Shown here piece by piece: positions 13,201 to 24,300 of a DNA stretch of 64,000 bases. Each line of letters starts with the position of its first letter. Within the stretch, counting starts at the first letter, position 1. Position numbers and translations under genes: made by a program. Source of the DNA: Lytechinus pictus (Eukaryota); the NCBI RefSeq assembly GCF_037042905.1, contig NC_087250.1, forward strand, positions 23,808,001 to 23,872,000. Direction: 5' to 3'. Below the pieces are notes generated by a model. The model worked only from the letters and a program-made list of their open reading frames with translations. It made no database searches and was not told where the DNA came from.

Positions 13201-15785
13201 TCAGTAGAGGCGCACGGCCAATATGGGAGACTCTCTCCAATAGGGGAGACAATCTCCCACATTGGAGACTAGCTTTGCAAAAGGACAAAAGAAACACCAA
13301 CAAAAACATGATTTTTTCCACCCAAAATGTTGTCTCACTTAGGTCAGAAGCCCATTTGTTTTGTGTGTGATTGACAACAAAAATCCTTATCAAAACAGAA
13401 GTAGACGGTGAATTTTTAAAGGGCCCAGCCACTGACAAATCATGGGGAAATTGAATCGATACGAAATTTGCAAAAGGCCAATTGACTTGCATAATATAAT
13501 CCGTCCGTCATGAGCGCCCGTCGGACTAATGCGATAAAAGTTTGGACAGCACGAATTTGACCGAACTCGTGATGGTTATTTACTTCGGATCGTCGCAGTT
13601 CCAGTTTCCAACAATCCCAATTTCTAGACTCATAACAGGTCTCTTGATTGCTAAACAAAAATAAATAACCTCTGTGAAGTTACATGTTTCAAAGTAAAAA
13701 CATGCAGTTTACTTCTGGTTGGTTAGTCTACTAAAACTAATGCTCTCCTAAAAACCTCCCAGACATGCCAGCGTCTATTACATAACACCCCCAGGCATGC
13801 AGCCGAGTCAAAGACTTGAATCCAGTCAGACCACAGGTCCCTATGCTAATGAGCAAATAGGCCAGATTCATCCAAAATTCCAAATCATCTCGTGGCTGAA
13901 TCCTCCTCCTGGCAAAATCTCGTGATTTGTGAGAAAGAATTTACCTGTTTTAACCTCTAGTTAAATGAAATATCATTGCACCATCAGATAGAGTAAATGT
14001 TATTCTTTCATATTGGTCATTTATTTTTTATACAACATTTTGATAAATAAGTAAATTTCTGGCCTGAAAATGTGCCTCAAAACTGAATTTTCTTCCTCTG
14101 TTTTCATTTGCAAATTGTGCAAATTTTTTATTTTGAGCCTTAATGATATATACATCACCATAAAGCTGAAGTTCTGTACTTTCTCACAATGCCATTCTTG
14201 ATATTCGGCACCTTTTAATCGGGTCAAGATCACACTTTTTCCACCAAGGTACAAGACGAGATTTCTGAAATTTTGTACTTGCATGAAATCCATGGGCCGA
14301 TTGCACGAAAGGGTCTTTCCAAGGACCGTCTTTCGTGTCGCCCATCTTTTATGATGCGCTATAAGCGGGGTGTTTCTGAAATTTATGATAAACAAATAAA
14401 ATTTGTAAGCTTGCTTTTAAATCAAATTTTATACGATTTCATGAGATATCACATCATTTTATAAACAAATATTTTGTTTATTTTAATGGACAAATAAAAT
14501 ATATTTCCAGATAATTTATTTGAAATGCGTTTCACATGGCGTATCATAAAAGATGGGCGACACGAAAGACGGTCCTTGGAAAGACCCTTTCGTGCAATCG
14601 GCCCCAGAGTTCTGATTGGCTGGATAAGGTTCACAGAACAACAGGCGCGGGTAATTTGAGGAGATTATACCACATGGGAAGTGTGACCTTCCCATGAACC
14701 CAGGCACTTGAACCGTTGGAATTTGCCATTGTGTGGTCTCTTTGACCAATCAGAGTGCAGTATTCTTGTTTTCAAGCTGCTTTATGTACTTGGACAATGA
14801 AAAAAGTGTGATCTTGACCCGATTAAACCAATTCTTATTTTCCCCATGATTTGTCAATGAAAGGTCGCTTTAAAGTAGACGGTGAATGACAAGGGGTAAC
14901 TTTTCATGAGGAATCTGCTTATCACATTTTTATTTGCCGCCAAGGTAATCCTTTTGCAGCAAATGTAAACAAACAAAATTGATCTCCAAACTGGAGACTG
15001 TCTCTGAAATTGGATACCCAAATTCTTTACAAAAGTCTCTGATAAAAATATGGAGATAATCTCCCACATTGGAGACAGTCTCCAATATTGGCCGTGCGCC
15101 TCTACTGGCAGTATGATTAAGTATGATTTGGACTCAATTTGGAGCCTTGATTCTGCCCGGCATCATTACATGGTCATGATCATTTCATTTCAAATTTCAG
15201 AAAGCATACACACGAAGGCAGTTTGAAAAAAAATAACTTTTCCATTTCAGAGCTGAAAAATATGAAAACTGACAGACTAAGCTGTCCATAGTCTACATAG
15301 AAATCTATTGGAGAGAGAAACACATATAAATTATCATACTAAAATTTAGTTCTAACGTTAGACCTCTTAATCTACTTTTGCCAAACGACCGCAATCATGA
15401 TGACATGCAGCGACAACTGTTTTCTCTTTTTTGATAATTCTTGTCTACCGGACCATGCTGAAAAAACAGTGAATCAATTATCAAGTTCAACATCAGGCCT
15501 TCACTTACCGGTATGCAATGAAGATGTATTGATTCTTAGTGAGGATAAAATTGCCTCAAGTGTGCTCCGCTTCGGCTCTGCCTCAGACAAATCCCTCCAT
15601 TCCCTCAAAATTTCAATAGTGCTTCTGAGGTAATCATTGTTCTTTTCAAGAAGTATTCTTTCCAAATTTCCAAGACTTTGTCCGAGTTTGAGTCCTAGAT
15701 CCTGATATAGATGATCAGAAACTTTCGAAGAACACACTTTCCTTGCTATCTCAAACAGTTCTTTATCAGTTATATGTGTATCCAT
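7289..15785 (-). CDS. Multi-death-domain TIR protein, DD-DD-TIR-(RHIM-like)-DD, 584 aa; exons 15785-15509, 12796-12745, 11891-11605, 9943-9803, 9169-8693, 7809-7289
   Basis: All introns are GT-AG with polypyrimidine tracts, and phases (1,2,1,1,1) give one open frame of 1755 nt from a good start context (AAACATGG). Exon 1 is DD-like (ITDKELFEIARKV...LYQDLGL...EILREWRD...LEAILSSL). Exon 3 is DD-like (GTVLREIADNL...LANALGC...DLLTSWR). Exon 5 is TIR (IYLEFS...DAVLG...IEDALEACSHVVLIIT...VIVI...LPRHLRVL). Exon 6 is a MyD88-type DD (ELSQRLN...DDWRGLAVALG...DPTGNLI...RRDDCV). Confidence 0.8.
10493..10763. mobile_element. Roughly 270-bp MITE family with GGGCCCCGTCTTACAAAGAGTT termini; further copies near 21665-21880, 31495-31770, 47262-47515, 49695-49950, 50940-51200 and 54540-54770
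   Basis: Near-identical internal sequence (CTCTATGGAAATCCATCAG...AAAGGAGAACACACCAAATT) and inverted ends (AACTCTTTGTAAGATGGG) recur about 7 times. Confidence 0.8.
10939..11105. mobile_element. Small MITE family (GGGTGTTTCATAAAGCTGTT...AACAGCTTTATGAAACACCC); copies near 31195-31365 and 50300-50465
   Basis: Inverted termini and a shared core (AAGGATCACCAGTCG) in three places. Confidence 0.7.
13202..15107. mobile_element. 1.9-kb non-autonomous TIR element in intron 1 of the minus DD-TIR gene, with a nested palindromic MITE (14294-14604); fragment at about 44695-44788
   Basis: TIRs CAGTAGAGGCGCACGGCCAATAT / ATATTGGCCGTGCGCCTCTACTG. The nested element has TIRs of about 55 bp starting GGGCCGATTGCACGAAAGGGTCTTTCCAAGGACCG. 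Confidence 0.8.
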
Positions 15786-15889
15786 GTTTGCTAACGCCGG
15801 TCTCTACGATCGACTCCAATTCCTCCCACTGCTATGCTCATCTAATGCTGAATAAACTGAGCTCAAATACTACACTAGTATAGTACAGG

Positions 15890-16281
15890 CACCGAGCAGC
15901 TAGCCCGGCCCCCAAGCGCGCCCCGCCCGTTCCCCGCCCCCGGCCCAGCTCGCACTCCATCTCCGGCCAGCTAGCTAGCGTCGCGTCGCGTCGAGCTGAG
16001 AGTTTTGAGCAGATCGATCCATCCAGTATCCAGCGCGCGAAAGATTTCTGGGGATTCCCCCGATTCCTAGTGTTATGTACGCATGCGCAGACTATACCAA
16101 AGCCGAGCTAGCGAGGCGCCTAGCCTGCCTGCCTGCCATTTCTACAGCTCGTAGTTGAACTCCCGCTTTTTAGTACTATACTAAGCCTCGGCCTACTAAA
16201 TTATTTGAAAACCACGTCAGAATCCGACTGAAGCAAGCCACGACTGAAGCCTGAAGGAAGGCAGACTCAATATTTCAGAGA
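15890..16281. promoter_or_regulatory. Putative bidirectional GC-rich promoter of the DD-TIR pair: GC boxes, NF-kB site (16050-16060), NRF1-like site (16079-16089) and probable non-coding exon 1 of the plus gene ending at 16281
   Basis: CpG-rich island in an AT-rich background, with CCCCGCCC twice, GGGGATTCCCC and ACGCATGCGCA. A plus-strand donor GA|GTGAGT is at 16282. The minus gene's ATG is at 15785. Confidence 0.6.
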
Positions 16282-16384
16282 GTGAGTAAAACTAAAAGAG
16301 TATAGGGCCTAGACTATAGGCTATAGCAGGCCTACTGCCAGACACAATAATGCCACTGCCAGCCAGGCCCAGGGCCAGGTAACT

Positions 16385-16508
16385 TAGCCTGGAGGCGTCT
16401 GGGGAGTAAAAATCATAGTACTATCGTACGCTTACTCAGTGGGGAGTAAGCGTACGAATACGATATTACTATGATTTTTACTCCCCAGATGCCTCCAGCT
16501 CCAGGCTA
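16385..16508. mobile_element. 124-bp palindromic (hairpin) element TAGCCTGG...CCAGGCTA
   Basis: CTGGAGGCGTCTGGGGAGTAAAAATCATAGTA is nearly perfectly complementary to TACTATGATTTTTACTCCCCAGATGCCTCCAG. Confidence 0.7.
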
Positions 16509-16939
16509 GGGCCAGGCGCAGGCCCAGTTCAAATTTCAATGCAGCTAGTTTCTTCTTTCCTATGCCTGGTCGACTCCCGGGGGGGGGGGGGGGGGGGGGG
16601 CACTTACATTGACGAGTGGATTACCATGGCCATGCGCGACCAAAAAAACACATAAAAAGGATGTCTTTTTCAAGATAGGGCACGTTACATACGTAACGTA
16701 ATTAAGGGTGTCAGGGTAATTAAGGGTGTATGACAATACACCACTCCAGACGGTGGTGGCCTGTACTTAGTTATTGAGAAGAAGAAGAAGAAGTCAAAAA
16801 CGCTATAATAATTAAAAAAGGGTATCTATTTCGCTAGGAAAGCTACGTGTCTAGCCTCTAGGCACCCAAGGGTTCATTACAATTTACATGCTGCCGCGCA
16901 CAGAAAAATCAAGCCATAGAAGTCCTGTGTTGTGGACAC

Positions 16940-18863
16940 CCCAGGACCAAAATCCAGTTAAAACCAATTAGGGCAAAACCAATTGAAACCAGTTGGCCAA
17001 CTGGTTTCAATAGGGAAATTGGAACAACTGGTTCCAATTGAAAACCAGTTGCCAATTGGTTCCAGTTAAAACCAATTGGTTCCAATTGAAAACCAGTTGC
17101 CAATTGGTTCCAGTTAAAACCAATTGGGCAACTGGAACCAGTTGGCAATTGGTTCCAGTTGTTCCAATTTCCCTATTAAAACCAATTGAATCCAATTGGA
17201 GGCAACTGGTTTCAATTGGTTCCAGTTGAAACCAATTGGAGGCAACTGGTTTCAACTGGAACCAGTTGAAACCAATTGGTTTCCAACTGGATCCAATTGG
17301 AACTAATTGGAATGAACTTAATTAGTTACAAATTAATTAGCATTTGCACTAACTATTGCTCATATGCCAACACAGAAGCAGTATTATATGTCTATTAATA
17401 CCAATGTAAAGGGCATTGATAAAATACAGACTTTCATATGTATATATTATATGGAAGATCTTCAAATATATGTATTTTTATTTGATGTAATTTGGTAACA
17501 GTTAGTGGTGTACTAATTATCCTTTAATCTGTTTTAATTATAATCTATAACATTTATGAACATGGTTTTCACTGTTAAGTATTCTAAATACTTATCTTTA
17601 AAAAATGTGGCACTTGAAATTGAAAAGAATTAAATAGATACATTGTTAATGATGATAAATCTCATAAAACATTAATATGTGCACACTGGCAGATAATATG
17701 CAAATTAACTGGTTTCAATTGGATCCAGTTGGCTAACTGGAAAATTTCCAATTGGAAACCAATTGGAAATCATTTCCAGTTACCCAACTGGTTCCAGTTA
17801 GGATTTCCAGTTGCCCAACTGGTTCCAGTTGGGATTTCCAGTTACCCAACTGGTTCCAGTTAGAAATCATTTCCAGTTGGAAGTCATTTCCAGTTACCCA
17901 ACTGGTTCCAGTTAGGATTTCCAGTTGCCCAACTGGTTCCAGTTGGGATTTCCAGTTAGAAATCATTTCCAGTTGGAAGTCATTTCCAGTTACCCAACTG
18001 GTTCCAGTTAGAAATCATTTCCAGTTGGAAGTCATTTCCAGTTACCCAACTGGTTCCAGTTAGGATTTCCAGTTACCCAACTGGTTCCAGTTGGGATTTC
18101 CAGTTACCCAACTGGTTCCAGTTAGAAATCATTTCCAGTTGGAAGTCATTTCCAGTTACCCAACTGGTTCCAGTTAGGATTTCCAGTTGCCCAACTGGTT
18201 CCAGTTGGGATTTCCAGTTAATCAACTGGTTCCAGTTAGAAATCATTTCCAGTTGGAAGTCATTTCCAGTTACCCAACTGGTTCCAGTTAGGATTTCCAG
18301 TTACCCAACTGGTTCCAGTTAGGATTTCCAGTTGCCCAACTGGTTCCAGTTGGAATTTCCAGTTACCCAACTGGGTCCAATTAGAATTCATTTCCAGTTA
18401 CCCATCTTTCCAGTTAGAAGTCATCTCCAGTTACCCAATTGGTACCAGTTAGGATTTCCAGTTACACATCTGCATGGTTCAAGTTAGGATTTCCAGTTAC
18501 CCAACTGGTTCCAGTTAGAAATCATTTCCAATTGGAAGTCATTTCCAGTTACCCAACTGGTTCCAGTTAGGATTTCCAGTTGCCCAACTGGTTCCAGTTA
18601 GGATTTCCAGTTGCCCAACTGGTTCCAGTTGGGATTTCCAGTTACTCAACTGGTTCCAGTTAGAAATCATTTCCAATTGGAAGTCATTTCCAGTTACCCA
18701 ACTGGTTCCAGTTAGGATTTCCAGTTGCCCAACTGGTTTCAATTGGTTTCAACTGGAAATTGTTAAATTCCAGTTAAAACCAATTGAAACCAGTTAAAAC
18801 CAATTGAAACCAATTGAAACCAGTTGGAAATCCAACTGGTTTCAATTGGATTTTGGTCCTGGG
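16940..18863. mobile_element. Non-autonomous EnSpm/CMC-like element filled with CCAACTGG/CCAGTT satellite-like subterminal repeats
   Basis: TIRs CCCAGGACCAAAATCCA / TGGATTTTGGTCCTGGG with a 2-bp AC duplication on both sides. Repeat arrays at about 16955-17310 and 17706-18850 flank an AT-rich spacer. Confidence 0.75.
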
Positions 18864-19130
18864 ACCAGAAGTGAGATCCCAGCACGCGCAATCCACTAGT
18901 TAGAAATCCACTGCCAAACGCGGTTTATGGTGCGAGGTTAGTATACTATTACTAATACTAATCCGTAATACGTGTGAGTGGCCTCTAGGATCAAATTTGC
19001 GAGGGTATAAAAAAAATGTTTTATAAAGGATATATACTTTTTGCCCCAACAGTCAACACTGTATTTAGAGTAGATTTGCAGGAGGTGTGGGAGGTGGGGC
19101 CGTACTAAACCCAATGATGTCGGTAAAGGT

Positions 19131-19674
19131 CCCGGGAGGGGGGGGCACTCAACCAAAAAAGTAGTAGGCCTGTGCCGCGGGCGAGACAAAAAACGGGGGC
19201 CTTGGAGCGGGCTTATTGTAAAAAGGAGGGTCATTGGAACGGGCTTCGGAACTACAAATGTTTGTGAAAACGGGGGTCCTTGGAACGGGTCGCCTTCGCG
19301 TGAGTGCGTATTCATCCCTATATGGAACGGGCATACGTGCACCCGGCGGCACGGGCGCCGGGTGCGCTAGCGCAGAGGCGATGGTCGGACAGCGCTTTGT
19401 GGCCGCTTTTCACCAAAATTGCGGCTCATCGTAGCAGATCAATGCGGCCGGAACGGCGTAAGGGAAAATATGCGAAGCTTTGGAGCGGATTTCTTTCTTC
19501 TTTTTCCTCGATAAGAAGAAAATGCTATGCTTTGGAGTGACTTTCTTTGTTCTTTGTCTCAATAAGATAAAAATGCTATGCCTTGGAACGGAAATTTGAG
19601 TGTAAAAATAGGGGTCCCCTCCGCGGCACATACCCACTATGCATTATATACTGAATGCCCCCCCCCCTCCGGGG
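19131..19674. mobile_element. Interspersed repeat with CCCGGGGGGGGCACTC termini; inverted copy at about 59718-60130, related elements near 16576-16860, 19744-21300 and 26200-27590
   Basis: 19410-19637 (minus) and 59758-59949 (plus) give the same spurious peptide MGMCRGGDP.FYTQISVPRHSIF, and the ends are poly-G/C inverted repeats. Confidence 0.75.
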
Positions 19675-19886
19675 TAAAGGCTGGTAAAACCGACGTCTGT
19701 GACATTAACTTTTAAAATACTTGTACTTGTTTAGGGATTCAAACCCGGGGGGGGGGGGGCACTTCCATTCACGAGTGGATACCATGCACGACCATGGGGT
19801 CTCGAAAAGCACCCTAAACTTTAGATTTTCGATATACTGAAAATGCACCCCTTAACAAGTATTGGCGTGTAAAACCCTACCCTTAA

Positions 19887-20675
19887 AGTAACCACCCACG
19901 GGTACATTACCGCCGCCGTGCACAGGATAACCACTGGCACGGCACTTGCAATAAGTTTATTCCTCTTTTGTAAAAATTAGAAATAGATACCTATCTAAAA
20001 TGAGATAAGCTTTGGATATGAAACTTACAAAACGATATGATGCCAATTTCATTTCCTCTCTGTCTATCTGGTACTTTATATCGATGATTTTTCTTAAAGT
20101 CGAAGCAGGCATGGAGCTAATTCGCTGGTTTTCTCTATACGCACAGAGAGGGCGCGCGATATTATTTAATAAACTTGCTTGTTTACGTCGTTTACGTCAG
20201 ATCAGCTGTACTGCTGGTTGCGTTCTAGGCGCTCCGCATTTTTTATCGCTGTTCAGCGTTATTTTATGATGTAGCGCCATCAGCGATTATACGTAAGATG
20301 CAACCTGTTGATTTTTTGGTACTATTTCCTATTATGCGCCGACGACTTGAATCTAGACTGTTCGATAGGAAAAATTCGCATTTTGATTGTTGTTTGCGTA
20401 ATTTCCACCGCAGTATTAAGGATTGGAGGGAGTGTCTTGGCTGAGATTTGGAGGTAAGCGTTTAAAATCCCTTTTTATAAATACGTTCGAGCACATTTCT
20501 AAAATTTAATTAAATGATAAGATTAAGATGAATAAATTTAGTATATTGTGAAGATTTTGGCGTGTTTCATTCTCTCACATTCGTGTGATGAATGAAAACG
20601 TCAAAATTCATTATGAAATGACATGCGTTGTGCGAGGTTAGTACAACTAACCTCGCATGCTTGTGTGAGTGACCC
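19887..20675 (+). mobile_element. TTAA-flanked (Kolobok-like) element nested in another repeat; related inverted copy at about 62451-63453
   Basis: TTAA on both sides interrupts the host repeat (CCCTTAA|CAAGTATTGG). Imperfect TIRs ACCACCCAC / GTGAGTGACCC. The hairpin GCGAGGTTA...AACCTCGC and the motif GGAGGTAAGCG are shared with 62451-63453. Confidence 0.55.
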
Positions 20676-21353
20676 TTAACAAGTATTGGAAACAAAACGA
20701 TCATCTTGGCAAGTATTCCTTGAATCGAACCCCTAAACAAGTAAAGCGATATTTCAATTTTTCCAGACGTCGATCGGTCGTCAGTTTTACCTTTACCTAC
20801 ATCATTGGGTTTAGTACAGCCCTATGCACCTCCCACACCTCGCGCAAATCGTACTCTAAACACGTTGTGTTGACTCTTGGGGCAAAAAGTACATTGTTAT
20901 AAAAAATTTTAGTCTCAATTTTTTATACCCTCACAAATTTGACCCTAAACGCGTAGCTTTCCTAGCGAAAATAAATACCCTTTTTTCATTATTTTAGTGT
21001 TTTTGACACCCTTATTACGTTACGTACGTAACGTGCCCTGTCTTGAAAACTATATCCTTTTTAAGTGTTTTTTTGGTCGCGCATGGTATCCACTTGTCAA
21101 TGTAAGTGCCCCCCCCCCCCCTCGGGATTAAAATCAGGGAATTCTTGCCAAGAGTATCGTTTTGTTTCCAATACTTGTTAAGGGTAGGGTTTCACACGCC
21201 ATTACTTGTTAAGGAGTGCATTTTGAGAACATGGAAAATACGTGTTTAGGGTGCGTTTTGAGACCCGATGGTCGCACATGGTATCCACTCGTCAATGGAA
21301 GTTTAGATTCTATTTGTTTGATATCCAGGTGTATGCAAGCTGCAACTTGAGGA

Positions 21354-24300
21354 ATGACCTCTGAGGCACGGTCCCAGGTCCTCCGGAACGACCGGCTCAT
21401 GTACCAACTGGCAGAGACCATAGATGCCGTCAAGTACTACTTCCCCTTAGGTCGTGACCTTCTTGGCTCCCAGGCGGCCGTCTCCAACATCATCGGACGA
21501 ACAGAACCAGATTACCAGGAGATTGTCTTCAAATGTTTGTATACATGGAGGAATGCGAATGGGAAAGGAAAGGGAGAGAGACTGGTGGAGATATTCAAAG
21601 GTGTTGAGTTAGATAAAGTTGCAGCTTACTTAGAGCATGGTAAGAAAGGTTTATTCATTATGAGTCCAGTGGCTTGTCTTACAAAGAGTTACGATCGATC
21701 CGATCAACCTCGACTGTATGGAAATCCATTGACGTCACCAGTTTTTTCTTAGAAAAATTTGCGCAATGCCCTTTGTAAGCAAAGAGAAGCATTCTGAATT
21801 TTCAAGAAATCATTGAATGTATGAAATTACACCATATCTAATAAAACATTTCAAGCAAATGTGGATCGTAGGTGTTGATGTTGCTGGCTTTCCATAGTTA
21901 TGGTTGATTGGATCAATTGCAACTTTTTGTAAGATGGAACCCAAGGTTGTATTTTATATATCTCTTTGACAGGTGACCCTTTCTTGGGAGTTAATTCGGT
22001 TCCCTGACAATGAAAAATCTGTATGTTAAGCCAAGCATAAAACCCAACCTCCAAAACTTAACCGTAATCATCTTTACATTGTTCTGAACCAAAAACTCTA
22101 TTACAATCCCACCTCTAACCCTATGCCCTCTGAGATTTTAAGTCAGGAGCAAATGTCGCAGGAGCATGCATCATATCACCATTAAATCAGCCCTATTGAT
22201 AATTTGGGGGGGGGGGGTGAAGACAACTTCCAAGCATATGAAAATGACCCCTTGCACTGAGCTGAATTGTAATATTGTCAATAATTTTCAATCCTAGTAT
22301 AGAGCATATCATGTGATCTAACATGCACTCCCAAAGGGAATTGCCTATCAATATTATCCCAGCTATGGCTCAGAAAGCTTTGTGCAGTGCACAATCATTT
22401 CAAGGAATAAATTCCCGCCAGGTTCCTGTTTCCCTTGCCTGGGGGGGTGTTTCACAGAGATTTAAGTATGACTTGGAGGCGTGCTTAAATTCTGATACGT
22501 ACGTGATATGAAACGTGCAATCCTCTTTGCATGATCTTACCAATGAGGACTTACATTTTTTAGTACATGCAACTAGGCATTTATTAAAAGTGCGACTCCG
22601 TCATACTTAAATCTTTGTGAAACACCCCCCTGGGTTGAGTGCAGCACAGTGTGGATAAATTTTTTGCTGAAGACAATGACGTGGCTGGGATTTAAATTCT
22701 CATTGAATATCCAGGCCATTTGAATCACATTTTGTAATTTTAAAAATTGATCAAAATTAATTTGTGGAACACATTCAATCATGAAACCAATTGAATATAT
22801 TAGAATGAAAAACAATGAAATTATTTATGAGAAATTTACAAGAGAATGAATAATAGAAATTCAAGTTTGACATTTGTTTGTAAACTATGTTGCTGAAAAT
22901 GCTATCTGCCGAGTTTTGCAAAAGATTTGACATCAAAACACCAAGTTCAGGGAGATAATGACAAATTTGGAAATTATACATTCATCCCATCTTGTTTGCG
23001 AAAATCCATACATGTATACCAACACCCCTAATTTCACATGGATCTGTCATTTCGCAGTGCAATTTGACCTCCTCCCCAAAAAGCCAGTCAAAATATTGTT
23101 AATCTATTTTTTAAGTGATTTCCTTATTTTATCCTTCCATTATTTCCACTGAGTTTTGCAAAAGCTTTGCCATCAAAATACCAATTTCAGGGGAATGATA
23201 ACAAAATCAGAAACACATTCATGAGATTCATCCCATTTTGCACGATTTAATTGATCACAATGTTGTCTTATTCCTCAGTCCATTTCCCCTACTGCAGCCA
23301 TATGGCGAGTTGTACCAGCTACATATAGGTGGTTTGAATGAAAATGAATGAAACTGCCGTTTTCAATTCGGGAAATGTGACTGAGGCATCATCCTCTCTC
23401 ATTTTATCCTCCAGCACTTGCAAGAAACCCAAACTGCCTTGGTGAGGATAGATTCCTACAGAGTTTGGCATCAAAGATAGACTGTGCGTCAGTCTACAGG
23501 AAACTGGGCCTTCCTCTCTTGGACAACAACTCTGCAAGATTGTCAAACCTCATCGGTCCTCTGAATATTCAATTTACCCAGTACAAAGAAGCACTCTTTC
23601 AAGTAAGATTACACTGTCGTCATTGCTGTTGATATCATTATTGTGTGAATTGCCAATTTGTCTACTGCCAGCTCGTCCACTCACCAAACAGTCTACTTTC
23701 ATTTAGTCTTATAATGCTCTTCAATCCATCAACATTTCGTCTAACATCCATTTGGTCCAATCATCACTTCGTCTAATCACAATTTCGTCTATGACCATTT
23801 CGTCTCATAACCAGTTGGTCTAATATGCATTTCATTTTCATTCATTTGACAAAACTGACACTGTGCAATTAGACCAAATGGTATATGGACTAAATGGTAT
23901 TTGACCAACTGGTTAATAGACGAAATGGCAATTAGATCATGTGGATAGTGGATGAACTGATGGTAGTAGACCAGTTGGCAATTGGACGAATTGGAATGAA
24001 CTGTTGTCGTGTCTAAAAGCTTGTGTCCTGTGCATTATTTGCTATAAAGTTCTTACCTAGCTGCCAATGAAATGGAAACTCTTAAAAGAATGGTTTCAGG
24101 GGAAGCATAAATTTCAAAACATAAAGCCAATCTTTAATGCTTTTAAGGAATATGTGAGAAAACAAAAATTGATTATCATGATAAAAACAAATGAAAACTT
24201 CTTCAGAAAACCATATTAGATTTATGTGTGTGCATGTTAACTGATTATTATGTTAAACTGTATTTCAGTAATTTCTCAGGCTCTCCCAGTCAATGTAATC

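Noticed and set aside
15375-15457. Extra exon just after exon 1 of the minus DD-TIR gene
   Set aside because: It needs a 51-nt intron and runs into a stop codon.
16909-18742. Repetitive ORFs (NWNQL/QLVPV peptides) and CRISPR-like periodicity
   Set aside because: These are translations of the satellite inside a TIR element. There are no unique spacers or cas genes, and the context is eukaryotic.
23298-23360. Alternative acceptors at 23297 and 23328
   Set aside because: Both hit stop codons within about 15 codons. The acceptor at 23414 gives the DD frame.
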